A DNA stretch of 24,845 nt. It comes from Candidatus Hodarchaeota archaeon. Lineage in GTDB: Archaea; Asgardarchaeota; Heimdallarchaeia; Hodarchaeales; Hodarchaeaceae. Below are positions 17,128-24,845 of this stretch, piece after piece. Location of the stretch: assembly GCA_016839785.1 (NCBI GenBank), contig JAEOTQ010000059.1, forward strand, positions 1-24,845, in the 5' to 3' direction. The notes under the pieces are model-generated. The model had not been told where the DNA came from, ran no database searches, and saw only the letters and a program-made list of their open reading frames with translations. The translations under genes and the position numbers were made by a program. Position 1 is the first letter of the stretch, and each line of letters opens with the position of its first letter.

Positions 17128-19458
17128 ATGGATGTAACTGAAGAACAAACTCAAAAATCTCCCTCAAGATTAATTAATTTCCTAGAGTCACGAAGAAAAA
17201 GTATTCTTTCTTTAATATTCCTCATCGCATTAGGATTAACAATATCTCCTAGTGGTTGGAATGATTCTTACTCGCTTCTCGAAGATTCAATTAAGCTTTG
17301 GACAAATGCTACTCGAATTATTGGTGATACGATTGGAACTAATTCATTCCAGCTTGTCAATCTTGGAATTGAAAGATTTATCCTCTTCTTTCAAGGAATG
17401 TACGACTTCTATTTCCTTTCTCTACTTGCTCTGGACTTCACCGTATTTAGTCAAACGGGGTACATTTTGTCATTAATTTATATTGCAACTCCTTTCTTAC
17501 TTATTTTTTCAATTTTAAGAGGATTAAGATATATCACCTCTGGCTCTATCAAATCTGATTTAACCCCCAAATCATTAGCAATCATTTTCTTCCTAATACC
17601 CTTCCCAACTAATTTTACATGGTTGGGAGCACTTATTTTGATTCTCATTCTTCTTTTTTGGTTATATACTAATGTTAAAGAAGAAATGAAATCAAGAAAA
17701 GGTACTTCATTTCTGGAAGTATTACCCTGGAAAAAAACAACCTTTCTTTTTCTATCAATAATAGTACTTGTTAGTTCAGTTTTTGATCCTAATTACACAA
17801 ATGTACTAACGACTATGGTGAATCTAGACCCTTCTTTAATCATGCTGATTCTTGTATTGGCATTTATTGGTATATCAGCGATTTGGATAATTGTACATTC
17901 AAGCGTTACACAGTCGCCTATACGTGAAGTTTTTAAAGAGAATGTACAAGGTCACTTATCCCCTATAAACCTCTTTTTGAATTTTTTACTAGTTATCTTT
18001 GCAATACCATTAATAGATGCACTCATTATTCAAGGGTTAATTAGTGAATTTGTATTTGTTGTAATAAATATACCCTGGTTATTAGCGTTAATCTTCTTTG
18101 AATCATTCGCATTCGTTGACTTCGTAGTTGCTATCTTGAAAGAGAGTTTTGATGTTCTTTTGGAGGCTTCCCGTAACATCTTCCGAGGCCTTGTTCCTGT
18201 CTCTCCAACAGATAAGTCTATAATTGGAATTGTCCAACCCACAATCATCTTAACGCTAGTTGCATTTGTAATTCTCCTTATTATCTACGCTCTTTTTCTA
18301 TATGTATATGATTCTAGAATTAAAAATGTCTCAGTTAATAGTCGAATAGTTCAGTATAAACCCTTTGTACTCCTAATTATCATCAGTTCGATATTAGCAC
18401 TGATCGCGTACTATCTCGACCCTAATACTTTCCAAGCATTATATGGAGATCCTTATGTAATGAATTGGAAGAATGATCCAATTTTAGGTTTTCTCTTTCC
18501 TCTCCTCGCACCGTTTCTACTCGGTGTAGTCATCTCTTCCATATTGGTGGCAATTTTCTGGGGGGTGTTACAAGTCAGAAAAGGTCGGAGTTCAAAAATT
18601 ATTACCTCTACGATTATCACCAACGCATTAGCGGTTTCGATTGCAATAATAATGATTGTTCCCTTTATATGGATGTTGAAAAATAGTTTTCAAACAGATT
18701 TACAAAATACGATTGATTTTCAATCACAGGGATTACTTCCTGATCCATTTACTACTCGCAATTATGCGCAACTCTTTGGAGTTGTTGAGCCTGGGTACGC
18801 CACATTAGAATATCGGGTAGTTACATGGTTATTCAACTCGGTTATAGCCGCTGGTGCGGTTACTGTTTTTCTAGTGATTTTTTCAGCGATGGCTGGATAT
18901 GTATTAGCTAAAAGAGAATTTGTTGGAAGACGAATTCTCTTCACTTTAACGATTGCAATTCAAATGGTACCCCCTTATGTTCAGGTCATTCCCTTGTATT
19001 TAGAACTAGATAGGATGGGATTTGTGGGATCACTCATGGGAGTTATTCTACCTTTCTTAATCCAACCATTCAGTATTTTCTTGTGTACGGAGTTTATGAG
19101 AGGAATTCCCGATGATTATCTTGACGCGGCACGTATAGATGGTTATTCAGAATTTCAAATTTTTCGAAAAATTGTGATTCCGTTATCTATCCCTGTACTA
19201 TCTGTGATGTTTATCATCAATATTATTGGAAACTGGAATTCATTTATGTGGCCTCTATTACTCTTGGAAAATAGTAGTAATTACTTAACATTAAGAACAC
19301 TACCATTAGGTATGTACAAAATTAATGCTGAGCTTCTGGAGCAGGTGGGTGTTGTTTTAGCATTAGCTACCGTTATTGTTATACCTATTTTTATAATTCT
19401 ATTTTTAGCACAAGATTATATAAAAAGAGGTGTGTCTGTAGAAGGATTGAAAGGATAA
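17128..19458 (+). CDS. Carbohydrate ABC transporter permease (MalG/UgpE-like) with a ~490-aa N-terminal polytopic extension
   Basis: VPFIWMLKNSF, NSVI, AMAGYVLAK, QMVPP, IPDDYLDAARIDG (EAA loop), WNSFMWPL, RTLPLG, GVSVEGLKG. ATG at 17128 follows GGAGGT (17115-17120). Confidence 0.92.
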   Translation: MDVTEEQTQKSPSRLINFLESRRKSILSLIFLIALGLTISPSGWNDSYSLLEDSIKLWTNATRIIGDTIGTNSFQLVNLGIERFILFFQGMYDFYFLSLLALDFTVFSQTGYILSLIYIATPFLLIFSILRGLRYITSGSIKSDLTPKSLAIIFFLIPFPTNFTWLGALILILILLFWLYTNVKEEMKSRKGTSFLEVLPWKKTTFLFLSIIVLVSSVFDPNYTNVLTTMVNLDPSLIMLILVLAFIGISAIWIIVHSSVTQSPIREVFKENVQGHLSPINLFLNFLLVIFAIPLIDALIIQGLISEFVFVVINIPWLLALIFFESFAFVDFVVAILKESFDVLLEASRNIFRGLVPVSPTDKSIIGIVQPTIILTLVAFVILLIIYALFLYVYDSRIKNVSVNSRIVQYKPFVLLIIISSILALIAYYLDPNTFQALYGDPYVMNWKNDPILGFLFPLLAPFLLGVVISSILVAIFWGVLQVRKGRSSKIITSTIITNALAVSIAIIMIVPFIWMLKNSFQTDLQNTIDFQSQGLLPDPFTTRNYAQLFGVVEPGYATLEYRVVTWLFNSVIAAGAVTVFLVIFSAMAGYVLAKREFVGRRILFTLTIAIQMVPPYVQVIPLYLELDRMGFVGSLMGVILPFLIQPFSIFLCTEFMRGIPDDYLDAARIDGYSEFQIFRKIVIPLSIPVLSVMFIINIIGNWNSFMWPLLLLENSSNYLTLRTLPLGMYKINAELLEQVGVVLALATVIVIPIFIILFLAQDYIKRGVSVEGLKG

Positions 19459-19476
19459 AAATTAGAAGGTGGTTCT

Positions 19477-20616
19477 ATGGCACAAGTAAAAATGAAGAAT
19501 GTTGTAAAACAATTTAGTGAAAAATTAGTATTAGATAATATCAACATTGACATCGCAGATAAAGAATTGGTTGTATTTGTAGGACCAAGTGGTTGTGGAA
19601 AGAGCACAGCTATGCGATGTGTTGCTGGACTAGAGGAAGTAACCTCTGGTATGGTCTATATAGATGATGATGTGGTAAATACCGTTCCTGCTAAAGATCG
19701 AGATATTGCTATGGTCTTCCAAAACTATGCGCTTTATCCCCACATGAATGTAAGGGACAACATCGCGTTCGGATTGAAAGCTCGCAAAATTCTAGTGGAT
19801 AAGGATGATCCAAAAGCAGTCCCTCGTAAACTCCGGCCAGAGGAAATTGAAGATAAGGTTCAAAGGGCAGCTAATATATTAAAAATTCCTGATCTCTTAG
19901 AGCGAAAACCCAAAGAATTATCTGGTGGTCAACAACAAAGAGTGGCCATGGGAAGAGCGATTGTCCGTGAACCCAAAGTTTTCTTAATGGACGAACCACT
20001 ATCCAATCTTGATGCAAAATTACGTGCACATATGCGGACAGAACTTAAAAGATTACAAATCGAGCTTGGAGTAACAACAATTTACGTAACTCATGATCAA
20101 GCCGAAGCAATGACATTAGGAGATCGGATTGCTTGTATGAATGAAGGAATTTTTCAGCAGATCGGTACACCTGAGGAGGTGTATGACAAACCAGTCAACA
20201 AGTTCGTTGCTGGATTTATAGGATCACCTGCGATGAATTTCCTTGAAGGTAAATTGGACGGGGATAAATTTGTGACACCTGCGTTTAGCTTGAATTTACC
20301 TGAATCCATGGCTGTTAAAGTTGTGAAAAATGCCACCAATCCAAGTGAGATTATATTGGGTGTTCGACCAGAGGATATTGAAGATCGTGAATTCGCTCTG
20401 AATCCAAGTACAGCTAATACTGTTTCCGTTGAAGTAATGGTTAGAGAAAATTACGGTTCGGACATCTTTCTTGCCGTATCAGTAGATTCCATTGAGTTCA
20501 ATGCTAGAGTGAATACTGGAACAAAAGCTCGAATAGGTGACCAAATAGAGCTAGCATTTGATATGAGTCGTGTTCATATCTTTGATGGGAAAAGTGAAAA
20601 AAACCTAACAATCTGA
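19477..20616 (+). CDS. Sugar ABC transporter ATP-binding protein (MalK/UgpC/MsmX family)
   Basis: Walker [10 protein letters not shown]-loop [11 protein letters not shown], signature LSGGQQQR, Walker [12 protein letters not shown]-loop [18 protein letters not shown]-terminal TOBE domain (GVRPED). Confidence 0.97.
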   Translation: MAQVKMKNVVKQFSEKLVLDNINIDIADKELVVFVGPSGCGKSTAMRCVAGLEEVTSGMVYIDDDVVNTVPAKDRDIAMVFQNYALYPHMNVRDNIAFGLKARKILVDKDDPKAVPRKLRPEEIEDKVQRAANILKIPDLLERKPKELSGGQQQRVAMGRAIVREPKVFLMDEPLSNLDAKLRAHMRTELKRLQIELGVTTIYVTHDQAEAMTLGDRIACMNEGIFQQIGTPEEVYDKPVNKFVAGFIGSPAMNFLEGKLDGDKFVTPAFSLNLPESMAVKVVKNATNPSEIILGVRPEDIEDREFALNPSTANTVSVEVMVRENYGSDIFLAVSVDSIEFNARVNTGTKARIGDQIELAFDMSRVHIFDGKSEKNLTI

Positions 20617-20630
20617 ATCCCTTTCATCCA

Positions 20631-20670
20631 CCTTCTTCCTTCTTTTTTCCATCATTCTCCCCTATTTTCT
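20631..20670 (+). terminator. Pyrimidine/T-rich putative archaeal terminator of the ABC operon
   Basis: CCTTCTTCCTTCTTTTTTCC...TTTTCT directly after the stop, in the 58-bp gap between convergent genes. Confidence 0.45.
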
Positions 20671-20674
20671 AAAT

Positions 20675-21664
20675 TTAGTATTCTCTGTCTAAATTTAACT
20701 GATTTTGAGGAACTTTATTACCATAAATAGCTTTCAGATTACTTATAATATCTTCAGCAAAAGGAATATCCCGAGATTCTACCTTAAATGCAGAATGAGG
20801 ACTCATAACTAAAAACGGAAGTTCTTCAAAGGGAAAATTCTGTTGCACTTCTGGCTTTTTCCGATCTTTGGGGTAATTATACCATACATCAGATCCTACA
20901 GCCGCTAATTCGGACTTTTTCAGAAAGCTGTACAAAGTTTCTTCATTAATAACATCTCCTCTTCCAATGTTGACGAGAACAACATTTGGTTTGAGTAGTG
21001 CAAATTCTCTTTCCTTTATTAACCCTTTTGTCTCGGGAGTTAAAGGTAGTGCTATTAAAAGATAATCAGAATTTTGAAGAACATAATCAAGGGATTCTAA
21101 GGTTCCGAGAAAATCTACTGCCTCTGTGCTCTTGGTTGAACCACTCCTGTTAATAGCGAGAACTTGCATTCTGAATCCTTGTTTCATCATACGAGCTACT
21201 TTGCTGCCGATAGCACCATAACCAATTACTCCAAGAGTTTTTCCTGTAAGCCATTGTGATGTGACATCATTGTGACGAGTCGACCAATCTCCTTTTCTCA
21301 TGGCTGAATCACGGTACACAATTTTTTTCGCAGCAGCGAGAAATAGTGCGACGGCATGTTCAGCTATTGCCAAACTATTGGAATGTGAATTGGAGATAGT
21401 AACTTCTGGATACTGTTTTATTAATTCAAAATCAAGGGTTTCTGCACCAGTCCATGGAACTTGGATATGTCGAAGTTTGTGAGCTCGATCTAAAAACTCT
21501 TTAGAAAATTTGTATCCTACCGCAACATCAATATCTGGCGCATATTTGACTAAAGATGAGTCAGATAAATCTTCCGGGAATATTAGCTCAATCTCTTTGG
21601 GTAGTGAAGAGAGATAGTGCTTTCTTAAAACAGGGGTTACTCGATGACAAAAAAGTATTTTCAT
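20675..21664 (-). CDS. D-isomer-specific 2-hydroxyacid dehydrogenase (glycerate/hydroxypyruvate reductase-like superfamily)
   Basis: AIAEHA, GKTLGVIGYGAIG, ALPLTPETKGLI, VNIGRG, DVWYNYP, SPHSA. AGGATGA SD upstream. Confidence 0.92.
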   Translation of the reverse strand: MKILFCHRVTPVLRKHYLSSLPKEIELIFPEDLSDSSLVKYAPDIDVAVGYKFSKEFLDRAHKLRHIQVPWTGAETLDFELIKQYPEVTISNSHSNSLAIAEHAVALFLAAAKKIVYRDSAMRKGDWSTRHNDVTSQWLTGKTLGVIGYGAIGSKVARMMKQGFRMQVLAINRSGSTKSTEAVDFLGTLESLDYVLQNSDYLLIALPLTPETKGLIKEREFALLKPNVVLVNIGRGDVINEETLYSFLKKSELAAVGSDVWYNYPKDRKKPEVQQNFPFEELPFLVMSPHSAFKVESRDIPFAEDIISNLKAIYGNKVPQNQLNLDREY

Positions 21665-21689
21665 TAAAACTCATCCTAAGAATATGGGT

Positions 21690-22895
21690 TTATTTTCCCA
21701 AGTATTTTTTTCCCTTCCAAAACTTCTCAGCTTCTTCCTTCTTTCCGTATCGCCACCAGGGGAAATAAGCCATGAAGTTATCTAGTCTAAGCCATAGAGG
21801 ATCAAGCATTGGCAAATATTTGATAAAAAAACGAGCAATATCATGTGCTAACCCTGGAGGTTTTGTAAATGGACAAACACGAATACAATTGGAGCAATCC
21901 GTTGAGTTCTTGACCCAGAACTCATAACAACTCTCGACGTTGACGTACCATTTTAAAGCTCCATCATTATTGGAGCAAGATTTCCATGGACTCTCCCAAG
22001 TAGGATTTTTGTCATATAGGATGCTTTGGCTTGGACAATATTTCGCACACTTCTTACATACCTTACAAAATTGAGTTACTCCAAAATTAATAGGTTTATC
22101 TACCTCTAATGGTAAATCGGTATAAACTTTGCAAATCCTAACAGCTTGCCCATACTTTGGATTGATTAATAAGCCATTCCTTCCAAACTGTCCTAAACCT
22201 GCTTGAACAGCTAAAGGAACAGATAAACCTGTATCATTACCAGCAGGTATTGCCTGATATCCAAGATTACGAAGAAAATCAGCCATACTAGCAACTGCAA
22301 AAGCCATACGTGAATAGCCATTTCCAGTCGTAATACTTGATGGTAACGCTGGAGATGTCTTAAGGGCTTGATAGTCCATTTGGATGAGCATTACAATGGC
22401 ATATTTTATTCCTTCGGGGAAGTTAACAGGTTCATTCTGTCTATTATGAGTATATACATATGGGTGATCAGGATCTAATTCAGTAATCCCGACATCACAT
22501 GCACCAAACACTGTACCAATACGTTTGGCAATTTCTGAATTCTTCTTCAGATCTGCAGATTCATATTTCCCTAATTTAGTAGTAGATTGAGTAAGAGATC
22601 CCACAGAACTTTTAGGGTTCTCCCATGAAAATGCCTGATGAAAAGTATCGTGCACCATCCACGCGGCATTCATAGCCGCATATCCGTGATGACTGTAACC
22701 CTTCATCCCAACTTTGGTACCCTCTTTTTCATTGATTGCCCGACGATATCCTGAATACGTCTCATCCCACATAACTCGTGCAAATATCATATCACGTTCA
22801 GAGAATCGCTTGTATACTGATTTGTCGACAGCAAGGGATATTTTTCCTTTTTTGAATTCGATTTCCATTTTTTTGCGTGTATCCAAGGTACTCAC
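21690..22895 (-). CDS. rdhA: Reductive dehalogenase-like cobalamin/2x[4Fe-4S] protein lacking a TAT signal
   Basis: FGACDVGI, YAIVM, GYSRMA, FLRNLGYQA, VPLAVQAGLGQFGRNGLLINPKYG, VRICKVYTDLPL..DKP, FCKVCKKCAKYCPSQSI, W....CYEFW.....CSNCIRVCPFTKP. GTG start (in-frame stop shortly upstream). Confidence 0.85.
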   Translation of the reverse strand: MSTLDTRKKMEIEFKKGKISLAVDKSVYKRFSERDMIFARVMWDETYSGYRRAINEKEGTKVGMKGYSHHGYAAMNAAWMVHDTFHQAFSWENPKSSVGSLTQSTTKLGKYESADLKKNSEIAKRIGTVFGACDVGITELDPDHPYVYTHNRQNEPVNFPEGIKYAIVMLIQMDYQALKTSPALPSSITTGNGYSRMAFAVASMADFLRNLGYQAIPAGNDTGLSVPLAVQAGLGQFGRNGLLINPKYGQAVRICKVYTDLPLEVDKPINFGVTQFCKVCKKCAKYCPSQSILYDKNPTWESPWKSCSNNDGALKWYVNVESCYEFWVKNSTDCSNCIRVCPFTKPPGLAHDIARFFIKYLPMLDPLWLRLDNFMAYFPWWRYGKKEEAEKFWKGKKYLGK

Positions 22896-23018
22896 ATCTA
22901 GTCACTCTTTGAATTTACTTGTAGGATTTAGGTTTTTGCTTAACCTTGATTAACTAATATTGCATCATTGAATAATCGTCAATGCATAGAACTGAGGAAG
23001 GGCTGTTTATTCTTGCTA

Positions 23019-24194
23019 TTATTCTTCCTTCATCAAATCATCAATGACATGAAGAAGTTTGATAAGATGCTCACGAGAAGTGGCTGGCATTATTACAAAT
23101 CTTAACGCACTATTGACAAGTGAAGTGGTCCAACCATGATCCCAAAGAACCTTATGAAATTCTTCTTGACTAAATGAAGAGAAATCCGGGATCTGGACTC
23201 CTAAAATATTTATAATTGGATCATTTGGAATTTTAAAACCGCGTTTTACTAATTCACCAGCTAGAAACTTAGTATTCTGAATACACCTTTCCACCTCGGT
23301 CTGAAATCCTTTAAAACCGAGAATTTCCCATAAATAGGCAAAAGCGACCGAGGAAGCTCCAGATCGAGTCCCTGAAAGCGTATTTTGTCTTGGATGGCCT
23401 GCTAAGTAGGGGAGAGTAAATTCGATAGCTTGTGCATAGGATTTATCCCTCCACAGCAATCCTCCTCCTGGTATAGGAACACGTCCCATTTTGTGGATAT
23501 CGACGGTCATGGAAACAAGTGATTTTAGTTCAAAAGACAAATTGTAATCTATTGAGTTAGGTAGGAAAGGAAAAACCATTCCTCCAAAAGCTGCGTCAAT
23601 ATGGAGGGGCAAGCCATTTTCGAGACAGAGTTCGTTTAATTCCAACAGGGGATCGATTGTTCCAAATGCGGTTGTTCCTGCAACACCGACAACACCGATT
23701 GTTTGAGAACTAATGGATCGTTTAGCTTTTTTAATGTCTATTTGATATTTATCTGTGACAGGAATTGATACTAATTTTAAATTAAGTAAATCTATAGCTT
23801 TATTAATTGATATATGGGCAGATTGGGGAGCTAGAATCTCAAGGGGGTGTGAGTGTGAATGGGTTGTTTTTTTTCGTTCATTATTCCGAATAGCCCACAT
23901 TGCCGTGATATTAGCTTCAGAACCTCCTGCTAAGACTAAGCCTGTTCCATTCTCAGGAAGATCGAAGAAACGTCCCAAAATTCCAATCACATAAGCTTCT
24001 ATATTCTTTGTCCCTGGGAATAATGCAGGATCTCCAAGATTGCTTTCGAGATACTGTATGAATATTTCTCTCGCATTTTTTTCAGCTTGACAATTCATGG
24101 AGCTTAGGATTTGCCCAGTAGTATATGAAAAATCCTTTTCTAACTCTGAATTGAGATTTATTCGTCTTACTGATGATGATTGGTCTTCTATCAC
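23019..24194 (-). CDS. mfnA: PLP-dependent group II decarboxylase, L-tyrosine/L-aspartate decarboxylase MfnA
   Basis: GQILSSM, NLGDPALFPG, GGSEANITAM, SAHISINKA, AGTTAFGTIDP, HIDAAFGG, TVDIHKMG (PLP Lys), TLSGTRSGA. Confidence 0.9.
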   Translation of the reverse strand: MIEDQSSSVRRINLNSELEKDFSYTTGQILSSMNCQAEKNAREIFIQYLESNLGDPALFPGTKNIEAYVIGILGRFFDLPENGTGLVLAGGSEANITAMWAIRNNERKKTTHSHSHPLEILAPQSAHISINKAIDLLNLKLVSIPVTDKYQIDIKKAKRSISSQTIGVVGVAGTTAFGTIDPLLELNELCLENGLPLHIDAAFGGMVFPFLPNSIDYNLSFELKSLVSMTVDIHKMGRVPIPGGGLLWRDKSYAQAIEFTLPYLAGHPRQNTLSGTRSGASSVAFAYLWEILGFKGFQTEVERCIQNTKFLAGELVKRGFKIPNDPIINILGVQIPDFSSFSQEEFHKVLWDHGWTTSLVNSALRFVIMPATSREHLIKLLHVIDDLMKEE

Positions 24195-24696
24195 TTACAT
24201 ATACTCCAAAATCTTAGAATATGTCTATTTACTCCATTCAGAATATAAATCATAAGCTTTTTTGGAGAATGTGTATCAACTGTATTGTTAGAGTGTAATT
24301 GTTTATGTTGACGTTTCGCTCTACAGCTAATGTCAAAAACTTGTTCAGGTTCACATAAGTAGTGTTTATATTTCTTTACACAGGTCAAATTCTAAAAGAA
24401 TTGACTAATACCTTTTGATATTCTTCTATAAATTCCTATTTACATTAACAAGAAATCGTTGATGAAATTAGACTTTTTTTTTCATATTAGAAAAATTTGA
24501 GATTAGAATTTACTCCACATTTGTAAGAGTTCCAAGAGAATTACATTCCGAGTATTTAGAGAAATGAAATTCCGAAGCGTTCTCCTAATTACTTTTACTC
24601 TAGTATAGTGAAAGATTAAAAAGAACAATATATGAATTTAGTTTGTTTACAACTGAACTATTAACAGATGGGATTAATTTGGGTTAGGAGCTATAA

Positions 24697-24845
24697 TTGG
24701 TGAAAAAATCATTTCATAATTTCTTAAAACAGATTCAAAAGACTGAAAGAAGAGCTATTAAACAAGTTGAAGGAGGAAAGGCTGTAGAGCTTCGAAAATT
24801 TAATTATCAAGATATTCCTCCCAAAATGATAGCAATTGATGGTTC
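24697..24845 (+). CDS. Probable NurA-domain nuclease, N-terminus only (3'-truncated)
   Basis: AGGAG (24686-24690), then TTG at 24697 or GTG at 24700. The frame stays open to the window end: VKKSFHNFLKQIQKTERRAIKQVEGGKAVELRKFNYQDIPPKMIAIDGS. The xAIDGS motif ~45-50 aa in is typical of NurA. Not in the ORF track. Confidence 0.6.
   Translation, partial: MVKKSFHNFLKQIQKTERRAIKQVEGGKAVELRKFNYQDIPPKMIAIDG

Noticed and set aside
21690-22895. Alternative call as epoxyqueuosine reductase QueG
   Set aside because: It lacks QueG-type CISYLTIE / GCDxCQ motifs. FCxxCxKCAxxCP and W-x-C-x3-W...CxxCxxxCPF match RdhA better.
23846-23862. HSHSH stretch in MfnA as a metal-binding site
   Set aside because: It falls in a variable loop of group II decarboxylases and is encoded by a simple (GT/GA) dinucleotide-like run. 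No evidence of function.
24191-24388. 65-aa minus-strand ORF upstream of mfnA
   Set aside because: Non-ATG start, no SD, no motif, AT-rich intergenic composition. It cannot be supported despite the 4-bp overlap with mfnA.

Overview
AT-rich archaeal window, most likely from an Asgard archaeon (Heimdallarchaeia/Hodarchaeales-like). The taxonomy is inferred from a PGF-type C-terminal sorting signal, a 7TM-longin fusion, MfnA, a NurA-like gene, AGGTGA/GGAGGT ribosome-binding sites and T-tract terminators. Left to right: (1) a truncated LarA-superfamily nickel-pincer epimerase coupled to a long-form NADP 6-phosphogluconate dehydrogenase (gndA); (2) a signalling block with a 7TM receptor-like protein carrying a cytoplasmic longin-like domain, a 4xPAS histidine kinase with a degenerate ATP-binding domain, and a polytopic membrane protein; (3) a ~14 kb glycosyl-glycerate (compatible-solute) cluster with an uncharacterised GT-A protein, a GH13_18 glucosylglycerate-phosphorylase-like enzyme, a GT4, an MggS-like GT4 and a CUT1 sugar ABC importer with two very oversized permeases; (4) mfnA, a TAT-less reductive dehalogenase and a D-2-hydroxyacid dehydrogenase on the minus strand; (5) the start of a NurA-like gene. 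No tRNA, rRNA, CRISPR array or transposase was recognised. All family calls come from motif recognition by eye, not database searches. Several start codons were moved relative to the ORF track.
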